Both the position numbers and the translations under genes were made by a program. A DNA stretch of 63,000 nucleotides, filler included, from Conidiobolus incongruus B7586 (taxonomy: Eukaryota): NCBI GenBank assembly GCA_000697335.1. It is 23 parts of 23 records of this genome, joined end to end, with 100 filler letters (N's around TTAATTAATTAA, not from the genome) between each part and the next. Parts side by side here need not be neighbours in the genome. Positions count along the whole stretch, not along the records: positions 45,946 to 51,843 come from JNEM01003812.1; positions 51,944 to 57,693 come from JNEM01003814.1; positions 57,794 to 61,622 come from JNEM01003816.1; positions 61,723 to 63,000 come from JNEM01003818.1; 19 more parts are not named here. One strand, given 5' to 3'. Below, piece after piece: positions 51,711 to 63,000 of this stretch. The notes under the pieces were generated by a model. The model saw nothing but the letters and a program-made list of their open reading frames with translations. It was not told where the DNA came from and searched no databases. The stretch's first letter is position 1. Every line of letters begins with the position of its first letter.

Positions 51711-54700
51711 ATACTAAATTAAATATTTAAAATTATAATAATTGGATAATAAATAAATTAATTAATATTAATATAAAAATTAAATAATGATATAATTTTA
51801 TAATTTAAAATAAATAAATAAATTAATAAATAAAATAAAATTANNNNNNNNNNNNNNNNNNNNNNNNNNNNNNNNNNNNNNNNNNNNTTAATTAATTAAN
51901 NNNNNNNNNNNNNNNNNNNNNNNNNNNNNNNNNNNNNNNNNNNAATATATAAAATTACATTTTATTATTAAAAAATGATAATTGAAATATTATTTTATAT
52001 TATTTAAATAAATTATTATTTATAGTTTTTTAATATTAATCTATAAAGATATATTTTGATAATATTATTCTTAATCTAATAATAAAGAAATATATAAAAA
52101 AATAAATTATTTAATAAATTCAAAGTCTTTTCATAATTAATAATCTTTTTTTTATAAATATATTTTTTAAATTTTAAAATATCAAAATAATATATTTTTG
52201 AATTTTAAAATAAATTATTTTATTAGGCCTTAATATTAATAACTTTATCTTAATTTTTTAATAATGATTATATATAATTAATATCTATTAAAATATAATA
52301 ATATTGCTATTATTAAACATATTTCCATTATTCTTTGACTTTTAGAATATAAAATATATTTTAACATTTTTATTTTAAATATTATTAAAAAAATAATAAA
52401 ATAAAATCTTTCATTGGACTTATTTATGGCAGTTAATAAAGTTTTCAATTAATTTAATATATTTATTAAATAATAAAACTTTGTTATATTAAATAAGTTT
52501 GAAACTATAATTATTAAATCTTTCAACCTAATATATTTTTATCAATTCAAAATATTTACTAATAAAATTATATTTTTTGGAAATTTTATTAAATAAACTA
52601 TAGGTACTAAAATTAATTAATATTTAATTAAATTTATAATTAAGTCATTTATTTAACCTGAATATAATTACTCAAATTACTCTTTAATTGTGTTATTTTG
52701 CATTAATATCAACCAAACTTATATATTTTAGTTTTGTGAATAATAGCATATTTGACTATTGAGTTAAGATTGAATAAACCTTTTTAAAAATATATCTTTT
52801 GATTTTCCTATATAGTTTTAATTTGAATCAGATTTTTATATATCTTAAGATATAATTTGATATTTTTTATATATAGCTCATTCTAACTAAATGATCTATT
52901 TAATATAATATTGATTAATTCCTAAAATAAAGACGTGATCTATATTCAGATTGATATTTAAAAAATATTCATAAATTAACCAGTAATAAAAATATAGTTA
53001 AAAATTTAAAATACAAAAAGTTTGATAATTTAAGTAAATAATATAAAAAATAATATACATTCACAGTTTATTATTAACAATATATGTTTAATATAAAACT
53101 GATATATTTTTAATAATTTAGGATATATTCTTAATAAAATTTTGTCAAATTGATAATTAATTTGAAATATATAGCGTTGAAGGAGTAAAATTGCTTTAAA
53201 GATTACAATCATGTAAATTCTATTCAAGAAATCTTCTATTTGATGCGAATATCTATTACCAATGGTCTATAACAATCAGGATATATGGCTCTAATATTTA
53301 CAATTTATCTTCAATGAAGTATTAGTAGTTTGATAATCTCCTTTTACTACATGTTATCAACTTATACTTAGAGAAAAAATTTTACCTTATTAACTTCATG
53401 ACCTGGATGCAATAGAAGCTAATCAGTATTTATAATTGAATATGAAGTTAAATACTAAATCATTTCAAACTTTGAAATAATATATGGTGAATAAAGAATT
53501 ATACTTATATTGTTTAGTTGTTACACTATAGACCTATAGATATATTTAAGCTGCTATTGAAAGTAATACAAGAAACCTTTAAACTATAAATTCACTTCAA
53601 GCCATTGGTACCAATATTTGATTTTATAAAGACATCAGTCATATTTATTTACAACCTTTGGCCAACAATTCAGTTGTATAAGTGTCATTAAATAATTTTA
53701 GATATACTTTTAATCCATACATCTTCTATCTAACCTTGAATAATTTAACGCCTGACAAAAGTGGACATATTCTAGCTATTCATTATTAATAATATTGCAT
53801 GATTTAAACTTATGCTGCAGATTAAATCCTACTATACTTCCATAAATCATTACAGCTGTATATTAGTTAATCCATACTTAAATTGAAATTAATTTATATA
53901 TATGTATATGTTCTAATTCAATTATCATACTAAATAATTATCAATTGTCTAATTATCTTATCAATTATTAATATTTTGAAGAAAATTTACAGGACTTATA
54001 AACAGTATTACTCTAAATTCACTAAACTGACTAATGTTATTTTCATTCATTATAAAATTGAGTAGAATTCAGGTTGTTCTGTTAAGTAATAGGATTTTAT
54101 TAGTTTTACGATTATTCTTTTTAAAATTGTATTAATTATGGTCTTTATACTTTAGTCTATTATTCAATTTCAATCTAATTTTCTATACTCAATAAATGTA
54201 TAAGTATTTGATATATTATATCTTATCAACACTTGTATTAATACTTTATAATTATTTTGATATATTTCATATTGTTTTTTAATTAAATTATGAATTTCAA
54301 AAAATAATCAAGAGATAAACATATTTTATTAATTATTCAATAAAAATGGTTATAATTATTTTAATATATCAAACATATTGAATCGTTTTTCAGGTAACAA
54401 ATATTTATATTTTAAACAATATTTATCAATTTAAAGTTTCACATATTGGATCGATAAATGGTTAATATCATTATACTATATGTAAAATAGTTTATTATAA
54501 TTTATCTTATTTCTGGATATACATCTATATCATTTTAACTCTTAAAACTTTTTTCAAACGATTTTTACTGAAAAAAGACTACAATAATTATCACATTGTA
54601 GAAATTGTAATCAGTTATAATTATTATTCATGTTAAAAACCATTGTATTCGACCCTTATATCATTGTAATACTATTTTAGTTGATTTTTAATCCATAGAT

Positions 54701-55230
54701 TCTCTCATATATAATATTAAAAATATGACTATATACTATTTTATTTTTGGAAACTAGTTCATATATGGAAAAAATTTAAACAATCTTTCGAATAAAGCGT
54801 ATTCAAAATATTCATTAAAAATAAACAGCGTTTGATATCATTATATAATTTTACTTTATGGAGTTATAAAATATCTCTCAATTGATATTTTAATTTGTTT
54901 GATTGAATACCAAATTTCAAATATATGACTTATTGGAAATATTTAAAATTTAAAAAAAATTTATATCGCTCTAGTTTCAATTAGTTTTGGACTTAATATG
55001 TAAAAACATCTAATATGAATGTATATTATAACACTGAACAAATATTTTAAAGTTTCAATACGTTATAAATAGGTAGCTTAAAATGTTTTACCGTATAAAT
55101 TTCACAATTGAGAAATAGTCCCATAATAACAAATTCAAAGGGTTCTACTATAAGTTCATGATAACTTTAATAATTTCACAAAGTAATCTCAATTTTTTAA
55201 ACTTAGAATAGAGAATTAAATTAATTTAAT

Positions 55231-56139
55231 ATGGTATTATTATTTATCAAACAAAAAAATTTTTAAAATTAAGTTTTTATTAGAGTAAAAGAACTTTGAC
55301 CTTTGTTACTGGCAACTTGAACAAGTTGAAGGAAGTTCAAGCTATTTTGGGCCAAACCAATTTGAACATTGTTAATCAAAAAATTGACTGTAACTCGAAT
55401 TTTTAATTTAATATCATACATAGCTAACTTCAGTTTCTAGTACCTGAACTTCAGGGCAGTATCCAAGATGTTGCTATTGAAAAGTGCAAATTAGCCGCTC
55501 AAAAGGTATTTCAAAATTCATAATGCAATATTTGTATTCTAATAATCAATTAGGTCAATGGTCCTGTAATTGTTGAGGATACCGCTTTAAGCTTCAACGC
55601 TATGGGCGGGTTACCTGGTGTTTATATGTAATTTTCACTATATAATAATCCTAACTCTTCTACTAAACATCAATATTTTAGAAAATGGTTTATGGAAACT
55701 TTAGGCCACGACGGTATATCTCATATTTTCTCTTGCTTTTTAACATATGTAACCTCTTTTAGGTCTAAATAAAATGTTAGTTGGCTTTGGCGATTATTCA
55801 GCTAAAGCAATTTGTACTTTTGCTTATGCTGAAGGTCCAGATTCACAACCCATTGTCTTCCAAGGAATCACTGATGTAAGTGTATTTTATTTAATACCGT
55901 TTTCACTGATATTAACATTATTAAAGGGCAAAATCGTGCCTGCAAGAGGACCTAAAGACTTTGGTTGGGATCCCATATTTCAACCTGAAGGATTTGATAA
56001 AACGTAATATATTCAAACTATACTAGCATAGTTTACTAACAATTAATTTAGGTATGCTGAAATGGACAAATCCATTAAAAATACCATTTCACATCGTAGT
56101 AAAGCTTTAGAGCAGTTAAAGCAATTTTTTAACTGTTAA
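55231..56139 (+). CDS. HAM1: Inosine triphosphate pyrophosphatase (ITPA/Ham1), 8 exons
   Basis: Spliced motifs [48 protein letters not shown] and ISHRSKAL. The first coding exon is inferred to be ATG only. Confidence 0.95.
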
Positions 56140-57829
56140 TTATGATTTATCCAATTATCCAAAAACCAGTAATTTTTTAACCCTTGAGTATATCAGTAAT
56201 CTCTCAATGACGTTTTAATTAAAATTTAAATTTCTCATTTTTAAATTATTTCATTGAATTTTGACCCTTTTCAATAAATTCTTTTTCTCTTATATTTAAT
56301 TAATATTTTTAATTCGAAAATAGAAACAAATAATGTTTTTGTTAGTTATTAATATAAATTTATTCTTATACTAATTCAGAAAAATTATCAAATATTTTGA
56401 TCAATCCTTAATCAATCCAATTATTCACATTAAATTTGAATTTAATTGAAATTTAATTTTATATTAAAAATTTTATAGGTACAATTACCAAATTATATAA
56501 AAATAAGTCGATTTTATTTCCCTGGGTTAATCAATTTTATCCAAAACCCAATTTGAACCGAGATATAAAATTCCGCACATCTATTTAAAATCATTATATA
56601 GACTTCAGTAAAGTATATATAGTACATTCAATTATTCTATCCATTAATATTTTTACATAGTATAAGTTTGATTTATTACTAATTAATTTATAATATAATC
56701 AAGTTTCATATATTACTCTAAATTTCAACTAATCCTGTATTTTTAAAAGCTAATTTTCATATAATTTTCAATTAATGATGTATTGATATAAATAAACAAT
56801 TATAAAATTAATAATAAAATGTTGACTAACTTTTGACGAATTTTTAATACTTATACACAGTTTTTTAATCATGGACTATTTTGACGTTTTACATACCAAT
56901 TAAATTTTATTAAAATTCTCTTTTTTACAAATATATTATTTTATTACCTAAAGAAATGTAATTATATAGACTGAAAACAATTGAATATACCAGATTTGGT
57001 AGCTATTCCTAATTTTTTCTTGAAAAATATTATATAAATTTTATTTTATATATTTTATAATCTTAATATAATATTAAAACTATTTTTAATTTAAAAATAA
57101 ATAATTTGAAATTTATTCAACGAATCAAATACAAATTATATTATAAATTAATATATTGTTATATATTAAAAAAACCATATAATATTATAATTCATTGTTT
57201 CTTTTTATATTTTTTCATTAATATAATCTCTATATTTTAAAATTATTTCCTAAGACTATTGATGCATTAACTAATATCTTATCATATATTTTATTTTTGG
57301 ATTATATAAATAAATGATTAATCCATGGTTTAATTAAGGTTATATAAATATTTTAATGATTTAATAAATAATATCAAATTTAACTTAATATATTTATTTT
57401 GTTTGATATTAATAATTAAATAATGCCTATTTTATATACCTATTTTTGAATTAAAGCTTTATCTTTAATATACTCTAATAGTAATTATGGAATATATGAT
57501 TTTTAAATAATTTTAGATAATATTAATAATAATTTTATAATAATTATAGGTTTATTATTTATATTTAATAATTATAAAAAAATAGTTATTATTAAAGTTT
57601 AATATTAATTATATAATTTTTCCTTAATTATTATTTATTTTATTTATATACTAGAATCTTTAATAATTAAAATAAATATAAAATACAAATAATNNNNNNN
57701 NNNNNNNNNNNNNNNNNNNNNNNNNNNNNNNNNNNNNTTAATTAATTAANNNNNNNNNNNNNNNNNNNNNNNNNNNNNNNNNNNNNNNNNNNNAATTTGA
57801 ATAAAATATTATTTATATAAGTTATTTAT

Positions 57830-58090
57830 AGATATTTATTAAATGTAGAATTATAATAATTATAATAATTTGAAATTAAAAATTATTAGATTATCTTTAA
57901 TTTAATCAAAATCAATTTAAAAATTAAATTTTTTGAAAAAAAATTATGAGTTTATATATAGTAATATATTTTATATAAAAATATAATTTTTTTATTTATT
58001 TTGAATATATTAATATTTCAAAATAAACAATATGGTTGATAAATCAGAAATTATAATACCTCCCATTTTTTATATTTTTGAATAATAAAT
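57830..58090 (-). mobile_element. Mariner 5' terminal fragment
   Basis: gataaatcagaaattataatacctcccatttttt resembles the family terminus. The preceding sequence resembles the 5' UTR and start of the transposase. Confidence 0.55.
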
Positions 58091-58141
58091 TAAATAATAT
58101 AGAATATAAATAATAATAAAAATTACATTTGTTTTTATTAT

Positions 58142-58384
58142 TGTTGGTGTTTAAACTTGCCCTATTAGGGGGAATCCAGTAAAAGGATAAGAAATATTAG
58201 GCAAAAGAGCCAAAAAAATAAGTAAAAAATAAAGAAAAAGTAAAGTTAATAGAAGTAGAGAAGGGGGTTTATTTAAGAAAGTCAGATAGTTTAAATATTT
58301 CAAACTTACTAAACTATAGCTTATAAAGTGGATTTTCTAGAATATCACCAGTTCTTGGGACAAGGGGCTATATTATCCCTTTCA
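58142..58384. mobile_element. Possible solo LTR (243 bp)
   Basis: G/C-richer island bounded by TG...CA with TTAT on both sides. No second copy in the window. Confidence 0.3.
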
Positions 58385-59254
58385 TTATTAATAAAATATA
58401 ATTAATCACAATTTTTATTATAATATGAAATTGATAGATGTATTGCGGTGATTTTTATTATACACATAATAGTAAATTACTTGAAAATGTCAATTACATT
58501 ACAGTTAAATTAGTTTAATTAATTTTTATTTATCTTAAAAATTAATATTTAAATCATTTTAATTGAAATTTTAAGGTTTTTAAATGATTAAAGTATTATA
58601 AACAATAAGATTAATTAAGAGGTAAAGGACAAAACCATATTGTAACATTTCAGATATTGATAATAATAATTTTATTTTCAAGAATCAAAAAATATAATCA
58701 AAATAATTTATCTTAAATCTTACTTTTTTAAAAGGAAAAATTCATATGTTGCAAAATTTATAAAAGAATATTAGTTAAATTAGTCATTATTACGTAAAAA
58801 CTGATGATATTATCAAACTTAACTTTCAATAATAGCATTGTCAAAATGACGTAGTGATATTTTTATTTATTATACAGTTAAATCTTTTTATCTTGTTTCA
58901 GTTCCAATAATCAAATTGAGGCAAATACAAAAACGATATGTTTTTAAAGTGAAACCTAGGTACTATCAGATCATAAATTCAGTAGTCATATTTATTACAA
59001 GTAGGTTTAATATATATTTTATTTAAATGTAATTAAATAGAATATATTCGTGTCCAGGTTTTAATTGGAAAAAGTATTTGCTGATTATATTTATTAAGAT
59101 GAAATTTATTTCATAATTTAAATAATTAATCAATATAATATCAAATCAAACAATTTAAATCATATCCTTTCTATCATTATATTACTAGTTCAAATCATAT
59201 TAATTCAAGTTGAAGTATATAAAGATTTCATTCTGTTGATTACTCTCATTAAAT

Positions 59255-59535
59255 TCAAATTTTAAATTGATCACTATTTGATATGAAATTATCATCGTCT
59301 TTCTTAGTATTCTTTTGGACCACTTGGACATTTGTATATTGTACTCCAGTTGAAGATCTTAAAATTCGAGTTGGAATTAGCAGCGCTGATGAAGAAACAA
59401 ATGTTAAAACTAAGGATAAAGCTGCATCAAACACTGGCAATTTAAATAGCGAGGAGAAATAGCGATGGGTAATAATATAACATTATATTGATATGGAATG
59501 CTTATGATAAGTAAATAAGTAATAAAATCCCATCA
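59255..59535 (-). pseudogene. 3' fragment of a probable membrane-protein gene or pseudogene
   Basis: Gene-like composition with CpG. A hydrophobic segment (VFDAALSLVLTFVSSSALLIP) precedes a polar tail. An in-frame TAA lies about 15 codons upstream of the listed TTG and no clear splice site was found. Confidence 0.35.
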
Positions 59536-61722
59536 CATAGTAATTATATTATTATATTTAAATATTATAATTCAAAAAAATCAAAATTATAAATTAATTG
59601 GAGTAATTTCATATTTAGAAAATAATAGTAATAAAAATTAGAGAATAAAAGTTAACTAAAGATAGGAATTTGTTTTTATAATTTATATCAACAGTATTTA
59701 TAAAATTATATCAAATTAGATTTATTAAAAATTTTAATAAAAAATTTAAAATTAATTGACTAATGATAAATGAGATACTATAAGAAATTTGAGAACAAGT
59801 TCCTTAACAGGCCTATAAACATTATATTATATCATTTCAAGTTATATGTTTACTATTATAGCAATTATTAACTTTGAAATTTATATTCAAATTTGATTTT
59901 ATTTCTTTGTATTCAAGAAATAAATTTAATTTAATAATCAACCTGTTACTGATCCTTTATCTCTTAAATTATACTCTTTTTATTTGATGTTTAATCATAA
60001 TTATTTCTATAAAACTTAAGACCATAGCAATCAAATTCTAACATATTAATATTTATGGTATTTTTCATATATTTATACTATTTAATACTTAAGAGAATTA
60101 TTGATTGTTTTAATACTTAGTCTTCCCTAATATTACTAATTAAAATTACTAATACTTAATTAATATATTTAAATTATAAAATAAAAATTTATGATTATAT
60201 TTAAAATAATTTTTGTAAAAATATAATATTTTATAATTTATAGATTTATAAAAATTATTCTATATAGCAATTTTTTTGAATATATATTTATTTTTTTGCT
60301 TATATTGAAATATTCAAAATATTTTGTTAAGAGAGTAATTTATATTTTTGTTATAATTTTTTTTGGATTTTAAAACTTAGTTTAATATTAATTTAAGTTT
60401 TATTAGGGTGGTTAAACTTTATATATATTATTTTTAAAAATTTATATATTTTTTTAATATTAAATATATAATTTAACTTTCGATTATTTTCCTTTTGAAT
60501 AAAAATTTTATTCAATATATTTAATAATTAATTATTCTGAAACATATTGTTTTATTATTTATATTAATATTATTTTAATAATCAGTTTTCATTCTTTTGA
60601 ATTTTGGTTGGGGAATGAAATTAAATAATTAATTATAATAAGGGTTGAAAAAAATACTATGTTTCCAAATATATATATATATATATTATCCGAACTTTTT
60701 TTCTTTGTATCTTAACAACCTTAATATAATTATAGGTTTTAAAAAAATTTCTTAAAATAAATGAAAAAAATTAAATACTGGTAGTTAATTAATTATATAT
60801 AATATTTTAAATAATAAATTCTTGGACTAACTCAAATCTGTCTTGTTATTTCTGATTTTCAGTTTGATTGGTTTTAATTATGAAAAAAATTAGTCACCAA
60901 GCCAAAAAAACAAAAAAATTAGCTATAAAAATAGCTTACCAATTTTTTCAATTTTAAAATCCATTAGTTTTTTTTGGAAAATTATGAAAATAAAATTAAA
61001 GGTTTATTTTTATCTTTTATTATAATATGATTTTATTCTATATTAATTAAAATAGAAATATTTTATATTAATTATCATATTAATTGATTTCCAAAAATAC
61101 TAATTTTAATCTTAACTTTGTCTTTTTTGTGATATTATTTATTATAAATATTAGTATTAATAATAAAGGTTTTTTAAATTATATTTTTTAAAACTATATT
61201 TAGTTAGTTAAAGCCAAAGAAATATTATAAATCCTTGTGATTTACGAGGTTAAAACACTTTCTTTTCAGATTTACAATTTAGATTTTGTATTAAAAATAA
61301 TAAATTTTATAAATTTGAGAAAAAAAAGATAATATATTTATTTATATAAATACTACTATATATAAAATTAAAAATATTAATTTAATTTCAAAATTAAATA
61401 ATATAATAGATATAACCATTTATTTATAATATTTAATATTATTTTAATACCAAATAGTTAAATTTTTATAAATTTTAATATAGTTAATATTGATTTTATA
61501 ATTCAATAAATATAACTCTAAGGAATTAAAACCTTTAATAAATAAATAACAGAATAATAATAATTTTTTTAAATAAAACTTTAAAAATATAAATAATATT
61601 TACTATATAATAAAAATATATANNNNNNNNNNNNNNNNNNNNNNNNNNNNNNNNNNNNNNNNNNNNTTAATTAATTAANNNNNNNNNNNNNNNNNNNNNN
61701 NNNNNNNNNNNNNNNNNNNNNN

Positions 61723-62045
61723 AAATTTAAAAATAATATAATTTTTTAAATTTTTGATTTTTAAATATATATTCAATTTTATTTAAATAAAAATAATAAA
61801 ATAATTACCAAATTAATTTTTTCAAATTAGATTTTTAATTAAATTTATATTAATTAATAATTATCAAAAATCTTTTATTTTAGTATAAACAGTATTTATA
61901 CCGATCTTTTTAAAGTTATTTTATATTTACTTATGGCTTTTGATAATAAGATATTATTTAAATTGATTATTGATTTATAAGTGAATTATTTTAAAATAAT
62001 AATTTTCGTTAAAAGATTAGTTTTTTAAATTTTAATATATATTTC
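61723..62045 (+). mobile_element. Degenerate mariner 5' fragment
   Basis: atttttaaatttttgattttt terminus-like sequence, then aattatcaaaaatctttttattttagta...gcttttgataataagatattatttaaattg. Confidence 0.6.
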
Positions 62046-63000
62046 TTTATAATTCATTTAATTATATAAATAGTATTGAATTTTCTAATAAACTAGGTTT
62101 TATTTTTTTCTCTTAATTGTTATTATTTTTTATCTTTTATATTATTTCTAAAATTAAAACTATAATTTATTAATAATATATGATATTGATATTATTTATA
62201 TCAGTTTTGATATATTATTAACTTATTTTAACTTAATTCTTAATTAAACTTTGTTTATATTCTCATATTATTATCTATGTTATATTATTTTATTTTATTA
62301 TATAATACTTTTATATTAAGTTTTCCTTTATATTACGTTAGTAACCTTTTACTATTATATTTATATAGTAATAATAATCAAACTACTAAAAACTTTATTA
62401 GAAAAATTAATAACTACATATATTAACTTTATTTATTATTATTTTAAACTCTATTTATTATTTACTTCATTTAAATTTAATATTATACATCATTATACCA
62501 TTAAAAAAAAATACCTTTATATTATTTTAATGATGATTATAATTTAATTACTAAGTGAATCTAAGACTTTAATTTTTAGAAGCTTATTATCCTCTAAGAA
62601 ATTTATATTAAACAACTTTAAATTAAGAAAAATATGATTTAAAAAACTTAAATCTAACAAACTATTTATTTTATTAATATTAATATATCAAATCACCTTT
62701 TTTATATTTTAAAAAAAATTAACTATTTATAATAGTTTGAAAAACCTTTTTAAACTTTAAAATTATTTTTAAAATATGAAAAATTATTTTATTTTTATTT
62801 TTAATAAAGGTTTAAAAATATTTTTAAATTAAATAGTATTTTTAAAAAGATTTATTTATATCTAATAATTTACTTATTATAAGCTTAATCCTAAAAAATC
62901 TTTAAAAATATAATTTATTATAAAAATATAAACTTTTAAATAATTAGAAAAAATCATTAAAGAAAAATATTACTTAAAAAATTAAGCTTAATTAAAAAGA
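62046..63000 (+). mobile_element. Ty3/gypsy LTR plus 5'/gag-region relic
   Basis: 62050-62350 matches the LTR at 31860-32130. 62495-63000 matches the reverse complements of 36170-36620 and 4000-4282. Confidence 0.7.

Noticed and set aside
19881..56139. Apparent gene cluster (secreted protein, G-alpha, nad2, ACAD, cyclin, HAM1)
   Set aside because: Each gene is on a different contig, so co-occurrence in the window says nothing about linkage.
60600..61350. Slightly G/C-richer non-coding stretch, possibly another transposon end
   Set aside because: No TIR pair, target duplication, second copy or coding motif could be established by eye.
1204..61722. TTAATTAATTAA palindrome recurring 22 times between N runs, superficially like a spaced repeat or CRISPR array
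   Set aside because: Identical 100-nt synthetic linker with six-frame stops; an assembly concatenation artefact.

Overview
This window is not one continuous locus. It is 23 short contigs (about 1-6 kb) joined by 22 artificial 100-nt linkers (N44-TTAATTAATTAA-N44). The DNA is from an extremely AT-rich, intron-rich fungus, probably an early-diverging, Conidiobolus/Entomophthorales-like one (inference). It holds five nuclear genes: a 219-aa Cys-containing secreted protein, an atypical G-alpha, a 15-exon isobutyryl-CoA dehydrogenase-like ACAD, a cyclin K/T-like gene and an ITPase/HAM1. One contig is mitochondrial-type nad2 carrying in-frame GC clusters. Much of the rest is a graveyard of transposons: about 11 copies or fragments of a 1.3-kb DD34D mariner, 6 of a 1.57-kb DD34E Tc1 with about 205-bp IR/DR ends, and pieces of chromodomain-bearing Ty3/gypsy elements. 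Every TE copy has been independently riddled with C->T and G->A transitions, with CpG and CpA/TpG lost first, while the genes are spared. This RIP-like genome-defence signature is the most interesting signal. Mariner and Tc1 are also nested into each other at TA sites. All alignments and translations beyond the supplied ORF track were done by eye.
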